From a virus, in the UHGV virus genome UHGV-0008299: a DNA stretch of 20,928 bases, one strand, 5' to 3'. This document shows, one piece after another, positions 1-9,126 of this stretch; within the stretch, counting starts at the first letter, position 1; every line of letters begins with the position of its first letter. The position numbers and the translations under genes were made by a program. The notes under the pieces are model-generated. The model did not search any database. It saw nothing but the letters and a program-made list of their open reading frames with translations, and was not told the origin of the DNA.

Positions 1-1
1 C

Positions 2-157
2 GAAACCTCCAGCGCCTCCGGCATGGGCAATGATGCCACCGTCGAACTCTCTCCAGTTGCTGGACGAAACGTTCTCGATATCCGGGACGGAATTATCCGC
101 GACCAAACAGCACTGAGAACGCTTCAGGAATACATCAGGACGCAATGCCTTCGATGA
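2..157 (+). CDS. Rz-like i-spanin, C-terminal fragment (5' end outside window)
   Basis: Open frame from the window edge to TGA at 155-157. Translation ends ...LRTLQEYIRTQCLR, which resembles the C-terminus of lambda Rz as I recall it (...QKYINEQCR). Too short to appear in the ORF track. Confidence 0.55.
   Translation, partial: ETSSASGMGNDATVELSPVAGRNVLDIRDGIIRDQTALRTLQEYIRTQCLR
3..116 (+). CDS. Rz1-like o-spanin, C-terminal fragment embedded in +1 frame inside Rz
   Basis: Frame 3 translates KPPAPPAWAMMPPSNS..., a proline-rich motif resembling lambda Rz1 (PPPPPAWIMQPPP). Ends at TGA 114-116, inside the Rz frame, as expected for an embedded spanin pair. Confidence 0.5.
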   Translation, partial: KPPAPPAWAMMPPSNSLQLLDETFSISGTELSATKQH

Positions 158-331
158 TAGCGATAATTTTACTCATCATCCTTCACATCTGGCTCTGTGG
201 ACAGGGTGGTGATCACTTCTGGAGTGAATCCAGATTAAACATCTCATTGCTGATGCTTGATATTGAGCATCTTGCGCGCGGTAAGGGGCTGCGTTGAGAT
301 AAGAGCCAGTCATTACAAATACCAGGATTTA

Positions 332-357
332 GCCTCGCATTCGCGGGGCTTTTTATT
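332..357 (+). terminator. Rho-independent terminator candidate downstream of the lysis genes
   Basis: 7-bp GC-rich stem (gcctcgc / gcggggc, one G-U pair) with a 4-nt loop, followed by tttttatt. Confidence 0.5.
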
Positions 358-401
358 GCCATTATCAAAGCCACTCCCTACAGAGTGGCTTTGATAATGG
401 C
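358..401. repeat. Perfect 19-bp inverted repeat (hairpin) with 6-nt loop
   Basis: Arm 358-376 gccattatcaaagccactc is the exact reverse complement of arm 383-401 gagtggctttgataatggc; loop cctaca. It directly abuts the terminator T-run. Confidence 0.7.
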
Positions 402-461
402 TTATACCCTACACGGGATAGCTTAACTGATATCCCTTTTAACGGATAAACGGAGCCAACA

Positions 462-704
462 ATGGCAGAGATTATTCCCATGACTGAAGAACAGAAATTC
501 CAGTTAGAGATTTACAAGCTGGTCATGAACCAGAACGCAGCCGCAGAAGAAGCATTTCAGTTCATTGGCACTGACGAGCTGAAGCTTGAGCTATTCAAAA
601 TTCACTTCCAGTCAGGTGGCGCTAATTCAGATATCACGACCCGCACTATCGAAGCGGTGCGTAAATCGAAGGAAGCGCTAGACCTGTTTACTGCCGGAGC
701 ATAA
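462..704 (+). CDS. Hypothetical small protein upstream of terminase
   Basis: 80-aa ORF with ATG start and a cggag Shine-Dalgarno 7 nt upstream. Its stop lies 2 nt before the small terminase ATG. No recognisable motif. Confidence 0.5.
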   Translation: MAEIIPMTEEQKFQLEIYKLVMNQNAAAEEAFQFIGTDELKLELFKIHFQSGGANSDITTRTIEAVRKSKEALDLFTAGA

Positions 705-706
705 AC

Positions 707-1147
707 ATGGCGCGCCCAACAAAGTATCAAGAGGCGTACGCCGAACAGGCACGCAAACTGTGCTTGCTGGGCTACACCGATGCAGAGCTTGCTGATTTCT
801 TCGAAGTCAGTGAGTCAACTATTAACAAGTGGAAGCTTGATTATCCTAAGTTTTCGGAGTCCATAAAAAAGGGTAAGGCCGTCGCTGATGCAGAAGTTAG
901 TGATCGTCTTTATCAACGCGCTATGGGCTTCGTGGCTCCAGACATCGATATTCGTGTTATTGAAAACAGAATTGTCGAAACTCCGCTTGAGAAGTATTAC
1001 CCGCCTGATACAACCGCTGCCATCTTCTGGCTTAAGAATCGACAGAAGGATAAATGGCGCGACAAGGTTGATCACGAGCTAACAGGCAAAGACGGCGGCG
1101 CAATTCAGATTGAAACATCACCGATGAGCACTCTATTCGGAAAATGA
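707..1147 (+). CDS. Terminase small subunit (Sf6 gp1-like)
   Basis: 146 aa, directly upstream of and overlapping the large terminase (ATGA). The C-terminal tail ...GKDGGAIQIETSPMSTLFGK matches my recollection of the Sf6 small terminase C-terminus. The N-terminal half looks like a helix-turn-helix region. Confidence 0.8.
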   Translation: MARPTKYQEAYAEQARKLCLLGYTDAELADFFEVSESTINKWKLDYPKFSESIKKGKAVADAEVSDRLYQRAMGFVAPDIDIRVIENRIVETPLEKYYPPDTTAAIFWLKNRQKDKWRDKVDHELTGKDGGAIQIETSPMSTLFGK

Positions 1148-2559
1148 CCTCGATTAATCCTATCTTTGAACCGTTCATTGAGGCGCATCGCTACAAAGTC
1201 GCCAAAGGCGGGCGAGGTAGCGGTAAGTCATGGGCAATTGCTAGGCTGCTTGTTGAAGCGGCGCGTCGTCAGCCAGTGCGTATTCTCTGCGCTCGTGAAC
1301 TGCAAAACAGTATCAGCGATTCGGTAATCCGGTTGCTTGAAGACACCATCGAGCGGGAAGGGTATTCGGCTGAGTTTGAAATTCAGCGTTCAATGATTCG
1401 TCATCTCGGAACGAATGCTGAATTCATGTTCTACGGCATCAAAAACAACCCGACGAAGATTAAATCGCTCGAAGGTATTGATATCTGCTGGGTGGAGGAA
1501 GCGGAAGCGGTAACGAAGGAATCATGGGATATTCTGATACCAACCATCCGCAAGCCGTTTTCCGAAATATGGGTGAGCTTCAACCCTAAGAACATCCTCG
1601 ACGATACCTATCAGCGATTCGTTGTAAATCCTCCAGATGATATTTGCCTGCTGACGGTGAACTACACCGACAACCCGCACTTTCCAGAAGTTCTCCGTCT
1701 GGAGATGGAAGAGTGTAAACGCAGAAATCCGACACTGTATCGTCACATCTGGCTTGGTGAGCCGGTAAGCGCAAGTGATATGGCAATCATCAAACGTGAA
1801 TGGCTTGAAGCCGCAACCGATGCGCACAAGAAACTCGGATGGAAAGCGAAAGGCGCGGTTGTTTCTGCTCATGACCCGTCAGATACAGGGCCAGATGCTA
1901 AAGGTTATGCATCGCGTCACGGTTCGGTGGTTAAGCGCATTGCCGAAGGTCTGCTGATGGACATTAACGAGGGTGCTGACTGGGCTACTTCGCTGGCGAT
2001 TGAAGACGGCGCTGACCATTACCTGTGGGATGGTGATGGTGTTGGTGCCGGGCTACGCAGACAGACAACGGAAGCGTTCTCCGGTAAGAAAATCACCGCC
2101 ACGATGTTTAAGGGTAGTGAATCGCCATTCGATGAAGATGCGCCTTATCAGGCCGGAGCATGGGCTGATGAAGTCGTACAGGGCGACAACGTTCGCACTG
2201 TTGGCGATGTGTTCCGCAATAAGCGAGCGCAATTCTATTACGCGCTGGCTGACAGGCTGTATCTGACATATCGGGCTGTTGTCCACGGTGAGTATGCAGA
2301 CCCCGACGACATGCTGAGTTTCGACAAAGAAGCGATAGGCGAGAAGATGCTGGAGAAGCTGTTTGCAGAACTGACGCAGATTCAGCGCAAATTCAATAAT
2401 AACGGGAAGCTGGAGCTTATGACTAAGGTCGAAATGAAGCAGAAGCTCGGTATTCCATCTCCTAACCTGGCTGATGCGCTGATGATGTGTATGCATTGCC
2501 CGGAGTCGGCTGCGCAACCCGACTATTACAGTTACTCAATTCCTTGTGGTGTAGGTTGA
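1144..2559 (+). CDS. Terminase large subunit (ATPase/nuclease)
   Basis: 471 aa. Walker A motif GGRGSGKS near the N-terminus; size and position match the Sf6/CUS-3-type large terminase. Start overlaps the small-subunit stop. Confidence 0.92.
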   Translation: MTSINPIFEPFIEAHRYKVAKGGRGSGKSWAIARLLVEAARRQPVRILCARELQNSISDSVIRLLEDTIEREGYSAEFEIQRSMIRHLGTNAEFMFYGIKNNPTKIKSLEGIDICWVEEAEAVTKESWDILIPTIRKPFSEIWVSFNPKNILDDTYQRFVVNPPDDICLLTVNYTDNPHFPEVLRLEMEECKRRNPTLYRHIWLGEPVSASDMAIIKREWLEAATDAHKKLGWKAKGAVVSAHDPSDTGPDAKGYASRHGSVVKRIAEGLLMDINEGADWATSLAIEDGADHYLWDGDGVGAGLRRQTTEAFSGKKITATMFKGSESPFDEDAPYQAGAWADEVVQGDNVRTVGDVFRNKRAQFYYALADRLYLTYRAVVHGEYADPDDMLSFDKEAIGEKMLEKLFAELTQIQRKFNNNGKLELMTKVEMKQKLGIPSPNLADALMMCMHCPESAAQPDYYSYSIPCGVG

Positions 2560-2560
2560 T

Positions 2561-4759
2561 ATGGCAGAAAAAAAGATGACTGACTGGCATCGCAAGGTGC
2601 TGTGCAACTTTGATAATGCCTGGTCAGCAACGCAGGATATGCGTGAGCAGATTATTGAGGCTCAACGTTTCGTCCGGGTATCCGGCGCACAGTGGGAAGG
2701 CAGCACAAACGCTGGTTACTCATTTGATGAAGGCAGGTTTGAGCATTACCCGCGCTTTGAACTGAATAAGATTGCCCGTGAATGTGATCGCATCATTGGC
2801 GAGTATCGACAGAATCGCATCAGCGTTAAATTCAGGCCGAAGGACGACAAGGCATCGGAAGCGTTAGCCGAAAAGATGAACGGCAAATTCCGCGCTGACT
2901 ATCAGGAAACATCCGGTGGCGAAGCGTGTGATAACGCATTTGATGATGCCGTAACGGGCGGATTCGGTTGTTTCCGCATGTGTGCCGATTACGAAGATGA
3001 AATGGATCCGAGTAACGAGCAGCGCCGCATCAGCCTTCTCCCGGTTTACGACCCAGCGACATGCGTCTTCTTCGATCAGGACAGCAAGCAATATGACCGC
3101 TCTGATGCTATGTGGGCTATGGAAATGTTCTCCATGACGCCTAAAGCGTTCGAGGCTGAATACCCTGATTCCATTGCGGCAAGCCTTTCTCGTGATGACA
3201 CTGGTACTCAGTATGACTGGTCAACGCCCGATGCCATCTATGTTGGACGCTACTACGAAGTTCGCATAGAGAAGGTGAAGCTCACGGCGTGGCGCAACTC
3301 TGTTAGCGGAGAAACGGCAATCTATGATGAAGAACAGATCAAAGATATTGTTGACGAGCTAACCGATGGTGCATTCGAGCTGATCGGTGAGCGGACAGTG
3401 AAGAAACGCCGAGTTTATTGCGGTCTTCTGTCTGGCGCTGAATGGCTGGAAGAACCGAAGCGTATTCCGGGCGAACATATTCCTCTCATCCCGGTATATG
3501 GGCGTCGCTCATTTGTTGATAATCAGGAGCGAATCGAAGGCCACGCAGCAAAAGCGATGGATGCGCAGCGTCTTGAGAACCTGATGGTTTCCATGATTGC
3601 AGATAACGCTACTCAGGCTGGCGGTGATGGCATTCCTGTAGTTGATGTTGACATGATTCCTGGTCCTCTTGCCACTCATTGGGCGGAGCGCAACAAAAAT
3701 CGCCCGGCGTTCCTGCCGATGGTCAGTCTGAAAAACAAAAACGGAGATATTACTGCGCAGGCTCAGGTCAGCAGTTATACGCCTCCGACACAAATGCCTC
3801 CAGCTCTTGCCGGGCTATTGCAGTACACCGGAACGGCTATTCAGCAAATTACAGGTGCGTCGCAGCTTGAGAACATGCCGAGCAACGTCGCCACCGATAC
3901 CGTTGATAGCATCTTTAACCGGATGGATACGCAGTCCTATATCTACATGGACAACATGGCTAAATCCATGCGTCGCGCTGGCGTTGTGTGGCTTTCTATG
4001 GCGCGTGAGGTCTATGGCAGTGATACGCCGATGCGTATCGTTAATGAGGACGGCAGCGATGACGTGGCGCTGATGACTGGTGAAGTGGTTGACCGTCAGA
4101 CAGGGCAGGTTATCGCGCTTAATGACCTTTCGCAGGGCAACTATGAAGTGACTGTCGATGTCGGTCAGTCGTTCGCTACTCGCCGTGATGCAACGGTTAA
4201 GTCGTTACTTTCCATGCTGGCACTTATCCCACCAGGAACGCCGAAGCACGACCTTGTATCGTCGATGATTCTCGACAATATGGACGGCGAAGGGATGGAC
4301 GACCTTAAAGAATACAACCGCAATCAGTTGCTTCTGTCTGGAGTTATCAAGCCGAGAACGCCAGAAGAGCAGCAAATGGTTGAGCAGGCGAAACAACAAC
4401 AGGCCAGTCAGCCAGATCCGGCTATGGTTGCTGCGCAAGGTCAGCTTCTTGCTGGTCAGGCTGAATTGCAGAAAGCGCAGAACGAACAGGCAGTCATTCA
4501 GGTTAAAGCATTCCAGGCACAGACTGATGCTCAGGTTGCAGCGGCAAATGTTGTGAAAATCCTCGCATCTGCCGATAGCCAGCAGAAATCTGATATCCGC
4601 GAGGCTCTGAAACTGCTCGGACAGTTCCAGCAACAGCAAGGAGACAATGCCCGTGCTGATGCAGAGCTTGTCCTGAAAAGTCAGGCACAGGGCCATGCGC
4701 AGCGCATGGACATCAGCAGCATCCTGCAAAAATCAACTCAGCAACAACCACAGCAGTAA
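2561..4759 (+). CDS. Portal protein (P22 gp1-like)
   Basis: 732 aa immediately after the large terminase. Gln-rich helical C-terminus, as in the P22 portal barrel; size matches P22 gp1 (about 725 aa). Confidence 0.9.
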   Translation: MAEKKMTDWHRKVLCNFDNAWSATQDMREQIIEAQRFVRVSGAQWEGSTNAGYSFDEGRFEHYPRFELNKIARECDRIIGEYRQNRISVKFRPKDDKASEALAEKMNGKFRADYQETSGGEACDNAFDDAVTGGFGCFRMCADYEDEMDPSNEQRRISLLPVYDPATCVFFDQDSKQYDRSDAMWAMEMFSMTPKAFEAEYPDSIAASLSRDDTGTQYDWSTPDAIYVGRYYEVRIEKVKLTAWRNSVSGETAIYDEEQIKDIVDELTDGAFELIGERTVKKRRVYCGLLSGAEWLEEPKRIPGEHIPLIPVYGRRSFVDNQERIEGHAAKAMDAQRLENLMVSMIADNATQAGGDGIPVVDVDMIPGPLATHWAERNKNRPAFLPMVSLKNKNGDITAQAQVSSYTPPTQMPPALAGLLQYTGTAIQQITGASQLENMPSNVATDTVDSIFNRMDTQSYIYMDNMAKSMRRAGVVWLSMAREVYGSDTPMRIVNEDGSDDVALMTGEVVDRQTGQVIALNDLSQGNYEVTVDVGQSFATRRDATVKSLLSMLALIPPGTPKHDLVSSMILDNMDGEGMDDLKEYNRNQLLLSGVIKPRTPEEQQMVEQAKQQQASQPDPAMVAAQGQLLAGQAELQKAQNEQAVIQVKAFQAQTDAQVAAANVVKILASADSQQKSDIREALKLLGQFQQQQGDNARADAELVLKSQAQGHAQRMDISSILQKSTQQQPQQ

Positions 4760-4849
4760 TTAACCCATAACGTGCAATGGCTGTCTTTATGAGGCCTGGC
4801 GCCCTATTGCCTTCCGATGGGCGGAACATCGAGTAAACAGGGGTAACAA

Positions 4850-5746
4850 ATGGACCAGATGGCAGAAAACACACCAGAAGTTGAAATCGAAACCGACGCG
4901 TCAGAGCAGATTCCTGATGATGTCGAACTGGCTAAAGAAGTCGAAATAGAAGATGGCAGTGAGTCCTCCGGCAATGATGCAGAGGAAGCTACTGAAACTG
5001 ATGACGACGAATCAGAACAGGAATTCTACTTTGGTGACGAAAAGCTGGATTCGCCAACCAGCGAAGATGGCGCAGAGCATGGACTGGTAAAACACCTGCG
5101 CAAGACGATTAAAGAGAAAGACCGTGAGCTGAAAGAGCTGATGCGTCAGTCTCAGAAACCCGTCGAGCAGCAGCCGGTAATCACTCAACCACCGCGAATG
5201 CCAAAACTGGATGATGAGGACATCGGTTTCGATGAGGAAATCTATCAGCAACGCATGGCTAAGTGGGCAGAGGATAACGGCAAGTACCAGCAACAGGAGA
5301 TGGCTCGCAAGCAGAAGGAGCAGGAGCTTCAGGCTGCCTATCAAGAGCGATTATCCAAATATCAGCAACGTGTTAAGGCTCTCAAAGTTCCTGGCTATCA
5401 GGAAGCAGAACAGGCCGTACTCGAGGAAATCCCCATCGAGACACAAAACGCGATCCTGTTTGAGTCAGAAAAGCCGGAAATCGTTGTTCTGGCGCTTGGT
5501 CGCAACGCTGAACTGCGCAAGCAACTGGCAGAGGCTACCAACCCCGTAGCAATTGGTCGTCTGCTGGAACGTATCGAATCGAAGGCTAGAATCATGCCAA
5601 AAGCAAAAACCACGGCAGCCACAACCCCGAAAGTTAAGGGGAGCAACGGCGCAGTAATCAACAACCTCGACAAACTTCTCGAAAAAGCGCGCGACACCGG
5701 TGATTACACCGAATACCGGGCGGCGAAGAACAAAGCTAAAAAATAA
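4850..5746 (+). CDS. Scaffolding protein (P22 gp8-like)
   Basis: 298 aa between portal and coat. Highly acidic N-terminus, charged helical middle, basic C-terminal end. Size and position match P22 gp8. Confidence 0.8.
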   Translation: MDQMAENTPEVEIETDASEQIPDDVELAKEVEIEDGSESSGNDAEEATETDDDESEQEFYFGDEKLDSPTSEDGAEHGLVKHLRKTIKEKDRELKELMRQSQKPVEQQPVITQPPRMPKLDDEDIGFDEEIYQQRMAKWAEDNGKYQQQEMARKQKEQELQAAYQERLSKYQQRVKALKVPGYQEAEQAVLEEIPIETQNAILFESEKPEIVVLALGRNAELRKQLAEATNPVAIGRLLERIESKARIMPKAKTTAATTPKVKGSNGAVINNLDKLLEKARDTGDYTEYRAAKNKAKK

Positions 5747-5766
5747 TCCATCGGAGCTAAATACCT

Positions 5767-7026
5767 ATGTCTAACCAGTTAACCAAAGACCTCGAAATCC
5801 TCTTTGAGAACGTCATTGATAGTTTTGAGGCGTCTAATGTCGTTTCCCGCGAGTGCAGCAAGTTCCGACCGGGCGACACTGAAATGCAGCGCGCTGGCGA
5901 CGTTGTTTATCGCCCTCAGGGCTACCACCTGAAAACCGTGAGCGGACTTGATCTGACTTCGGCCACTGCAAACTCACTCGTTCAGCGTCAGGTGCCTGCT
6001 CGCTTCCGCGAGCCAGAGAACGTCATCTACGAACTGGACGCAAAAGAAATGCGCGATCCGTGGCACAAAGAGCAGGCTGGCAAGGCGGCGGGTCGCCAGT
6101 TGGCGGCGTGGGTTGATAACATGATCGTCGATGAGGTGGCCGCTCGCTCCACCAACGTGGTCACCATTAAATCGGCGTCCACCGGTAACACTCTCGGCGA
6201 AGAACTCTGGAACGCATCGGCCGAAGTTGATGCAATGATGCTGTCCATTGGTGTGCCTCAGGGTGGTCAGCGCAAGGCGTTCTACAACCCGTTCAACTAC
6301 AAAGACCTGGCTAAGGAGCTTGGCTCTCGCGCATATGCGGTCGGTGCAACTCTGACAGCCTATGAGAAAGCTCAGATTCCACCGGTGGCATCCTTCGACA
6401 GTTTCCGCGTTGATTATGCTGGCGCAATGAAGGCTGGTTCAGCTACCGCTGTAACTCTCGGCGGCGCAGTAAAACACAAAGTTACCGCGATGGATTCCAA
6501 CGGCGCGCCTACCGATAACCGCCAGGGTGACATCACCGTATCCACTGCTGACGTACTGGCTGTCGGCGATGCATTCACTATCGCAGGCGTTAACAGTGTC
6601 CACATGATCAAGAAGGTGGATACAGGTAAGCCGCAGGTATTCCGCGTCCTGGCAGTAAATGGCACTACCGTTACCATCAGCCCGAAAATTCTGCCACCAG
6701 ACAACGAGGATAAGGCGTCTATTCCTTACCAGAACGTTACCGCCAATCCGGCGGAAAACGCGGCGATCACCATCCTCAACACGAAGGCTGCGGCTTCCAA
6801 CATCTTCTTCGCTGAGGGTTCTGTTGAGCTGATGTATGGCAAGTTGGCATTCCCTACCGGCCAGGGTCCGCAGGTTATGACCGCAACGACCGAGCAGGGT
6901 GCGACCATCATCATGGCTTACCAGTTCGACGCTAAATCTGGCAAAACGTGGACTCGCTTCACCACGCTGGCTGGCGCAAGCGTACTGGTCCCGGAATTCA
7001 CCGGCCTGGTACTGGCTAACCAGTAA
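5767..7026 (+). CDS. Major coat protein (P22 gp5 / Sf6 gp5 family)
   Basis: 419 aa, in the position after the scaffold gene and followed by a strong terminator. High-GC, codon-biased gene typical of a highly expressed structural protein. Confidence 0.85.
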   Translation: MSNQLTKDLEILFENVIDSFEASNVVSRECSKFRPGDTEMQRAGDVVYRPQGYHLKTVSGLDLTSATANSLVQRQVPARFREPENVIYELDAKEMRDPWHKEQAGKAAGRQLAAWVDNMIVDEVAARSTNVVTIKSASTGNTLGEELWNASAEVDAMMLSIGVPQGGQRKAFYNPFNYKDLAKELGSRAYAVGATLTAYEKAQIPPVASFDSFRVDYAGAMKAGSATAVTLGGAVKHKVTAMDSNGAPTDNRQGDITVSTADVLAVGDAFTIAGVNSVHMIKKVDTGKPQVFRVLAVNGTTVTISPKILPPDNEDKASIPYQNVTANPAENAAITILNTKAAASNIFFAEGSVELMYGKLAFPTGQGPQVMTATTEQGATIIMAYQFDAKSGKTWTRFTTLAGASVLVPEFTGLVLANQ

Positions 7027-7030
7027 TCCA

Positions 7031-7055
7031 AGGGGCTTCGGCCCCTCTTTTTTTT
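7031..7055 (+). terminator. Rho-independent terminator after the coat gene
   Basis: aggggc-ttcg-gcccct perfect 6-bp GC stem with a 4-nt loop, followed by a 9-T run. Confidence 0.7.
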
Positions 7056-7065
7056 GGAGATCGAA

Positions 7066-7254
7066 ATGTCTCAAATCATGCTTTATAAGCCGGGCTCGAT
7101 GATCACCTGCGGCCCCCACTCGCTGGATTACATCATTGTTGATGACGAAGAAGTTAAATCTCACCTGAAAAAAGGTTGGGTGAAAACTCCTGAAGAAACC
7201 GCAACGAAGCAAAAAGTGGCTAAGGCGGAAGAAGATGGCGAAAACGAAGGGTGA
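7066..7254 (+). CDS. Hypothetical small protein between coat and gp4
   Basis: The track ORF 7054..7254 begins at TTG; the first ATG is at 7066, with a ggaga Shine-Dalgarno at 7056-7060. Acidic C-terminus. Overlaps the gp4-like start by 20 nt. Sf6-type phages carry a small ORF at this position. Confidence 0.45.
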   Translation: MSQIMLYKPGSMITCGPHSLDYIIVDDEEVKSHLKKGWVKTPEETATKQKVAKAEEDGENEG

Positions 7255-7696
7255 TCTCGTTCTAAAGGCTTTACGAAAAGCCGGGCTGTATTCCAATGCC
7301 ACGTTGACAGATGCTGACCCTCAGGCAATTGAAGATGCCATTAATGACCTCGAAGACATGATGGCAGCATGGCAGGCTAAAGGTATCGAGCTTGGATATC
7401 AGTTTGCTGATACAGAAAACGGCATCATGCCGTTACCTGACGATGATTCAGGTATCCCTGCATGGGCAAATGATGGCGTCGCTTTGAAGCTCGCTGTGCA
7501 AGTGTGCATGGATAACGTCATTCAGCCGTCAGACGCTCTCCTTACCGCTGCTGACAGTGCATATCAGACAATCTGCATCGCTTTAACCAAAATACCACCA
7601 CTTGAGCGGCGAAATGACATGCCTCGCGGTAGTGGTAACAAAAGCGCGTTTACGTGGAATCGGTTTTACATCGAGAAAGATAATCCGAGTACGTGA
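7235..7696 (+). CDS. Head completion / tail adaptor protein (P22 gp4-like)
   Basis: 153 aa. N-terminus MAKTKGDLVLKALRKAGLYSNATLTDADPQAIEDAINDLEDMMAAW closely parallels P22 gp4 as I recall it. Confidence 0.8.
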   Translation: MAKTKGDLVLKALRKAGLYSNATLTDADPQAIEDAINDLEDMMAAWQAKGIELGYQFADTENGIMPLPDDDSGIPAWANDGVALKLAVQVCMDNVIQPSDALLTAADSAYQTICIALTKIPPLERRNDMPRGSGNKSAFTWNRFYIEKDNPST

Positions 7697-7705
7697 GGTG
7701 AATAA

Positions 7706-9124
7706 ATGCCGATTCAGCAACTTCCGCTCATGAAAGGTGTCGGCAAAGATTTCCGAAACGCCGACTATATCGACTATCTGCCAGTGAATATGTTGGCTAC
7801 ACCCAAAGAAATCCTGAACAGCAGCGGATATCTTCGCTCATTCCCGGGCATTGCCAAACGTTCTGATGTGAACGGTGTATCGCGCGGAGTCGAGTACAAC
7901 ATGGCGCAGAGTGCTGTTTATCGCGTGTGTGGTGGGAAGCTCTACAAAGGCGAAAGCGAAGTCGGTGACGTCGCTGGAAGTGGTCGCGTATCAATGGCGC
8001 ATGGTCGAACATCTCAGGCTGTAGGCGTTAATGGTCAACTGGTCGAGTATCGCTATGATGGCACGGTTAAAACCGTCTCAAACTGGCCTACAGACAGCGG
8101 ATTCACGCAGTATGAGTTAGGTTCGGTTCGTGACATTACTCGCTTACGTGGGCGTTATGCGTGGTCAAAAGACGGTACTGATTCATGGTTCATCACTGAC
8201 CTTGAAGACGAATCGCATCCTGACCGTTACAGCGCACAATATCGTGCCGAGTCTCAGCCTGACGGCATCATCGGCATCGGAACATGGCGAGACTTCATCG
8301 TCTGCTTTGGTTCATCAACGATTGAGTATTTCTCCCTGACTGGCGCAACCACTGTTGGTGCCGCTTTGTATGTCGCACAGCCATCGCTGATGGTGCAGAA
8401 AGGCATTGCCGGGACTTACTGCAAAACGCCATTCGCTGATTCGTATGCGTTCATCAGCAATCCGGCAACTGGTGCGCCATCTGTATACATCATCGGCTCC
8501 GGTCAGGTATCACCAATCGCCAGCGCGAGCATTGAGAAAATACTACGCTCCTACACTGCTGATGAACTGGCTGATGGTGTGATGGAGTCTCTGAGATTTG
8601 ATGCTCATGAGTTGCTGATTATCCACCTTCCGCGTCACGTCCTCGTGTACGACGCATCTTCAAGCGCCAATGGTCCGCAATGGTGTGTGCTGAAAACAGG
8701 CCTGTATGACGATGTGTACCGCGCTATCGACTTCATTTACGAAGGCAATCAGATAACGTGCGGCGATAAGCTGGAATCGGTTACCGGCAAATTGCAGTTC
8801 GATATCAGCAGCCAGTACGACAAGCAACAGGAACACCTGCTGTTTACTCCACTCTTCAAAGCGGATAACGCCAGAGTTTTCGACCTTGAAGTTGAATCGT
8901 CAACTGGCGTAGCTCAGTACGCCGACCGCCTGTTCCTCTCTGCAACCACTGACGGCATAAATTACGGGCGTGAGCAGATGATTGAACAGAATGAACCGTT
9001 CATTTACGACAAACGTGTTTTGTGGAAGCGAGTCGGGCGCATCAGGAAAAATGTTGGCTTCAAATTGCGCGTTATCACGAAGTCACCTGTCACTCTGTCT
9101 GGCTGCTCTATTAGGCTGGAGTAA
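7706..9124 (+). CDS. Tail hub protein (P22 gp10-like)
   Basis: 472 aa, the same length as P22 gp10. N-terminus MPIQQLPLMKGVGKDF... matches my recollection of gp10. Confidence 0.85.
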   Translation: MPIQQLPLMKGVGKDFRNADYIDYLPVNMLATPKEILNSSGYLRSFPGIAKRSDVNGVSRGVEYNMAQSAVYRVCGGKLYKGESEVGDVAGSGRVSMAHGRTSQAVGVNGQLVEYRYDGTVKTVSNWPTDSGFTQYELGSVRDITRLRGRYAWSKDGTDSWFITDLEDESHPDRYSAQYRAESQPDGIIGIGTWRDFIVCFGSSTIEYFSLTGATTVGAALYVAQPSLMVQKGIAGTYCKTPFADSYAFISNPATGAPSVYIIGSGQVSPIASASIEKILRSYTADELADGVMESLRFDAHELLIIHLPRHVLVYDASSSANGPQWCVLKTGLYDDVYRAIDFIYEGNQITCGDKLESVTGKLQFDISSQYDKQQEHLLFTPLFKADNARVFDLEVESSTGVAQYADRLFLSATTDGINYGREQMIEQNEPFIYDKRVLWKRVGRIRKNVGFKLRVITKSPVTLSGCSIRLE

Positions 9125-9126
9125 TA

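Noticed and set aside
358-401. tRNA or tmRNA-like structure
   Set aside because: It is a single perfect 19-bp stem with a 6-nt loop. There is no cloverleaf, no anticodon-loop geometry and no CCA or T-loop motifs.
1522-2517. Several minus-strand and alternate-frame ORFs (1522..1872, 1586..1786, 2053..2517, 1775..1957, 1973..2266) inside the large terminase gene
   Set aside because: All overlap the confidently assigned terminase reading frame, and none has a convincing start or motif.
4205-4729. 174-aa minus-strand ORF inside the portal gene
   Set aside because: Antisense to the portal C-terminal Gln-rich region; Leu-rich translation characteristic of the reverse complement of CAG-rich sequence.
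6439-7302. 287-aa minus-strand ORF overlapping the coat gene and the small ORF/gp4 start
   Set aside because: It is antisense to a high-GC coat gene, where long spurious open frames are common. There is no independent start context, and its translation is Arg/Gly-rich low complexity typical of GC-rich antisense frames.
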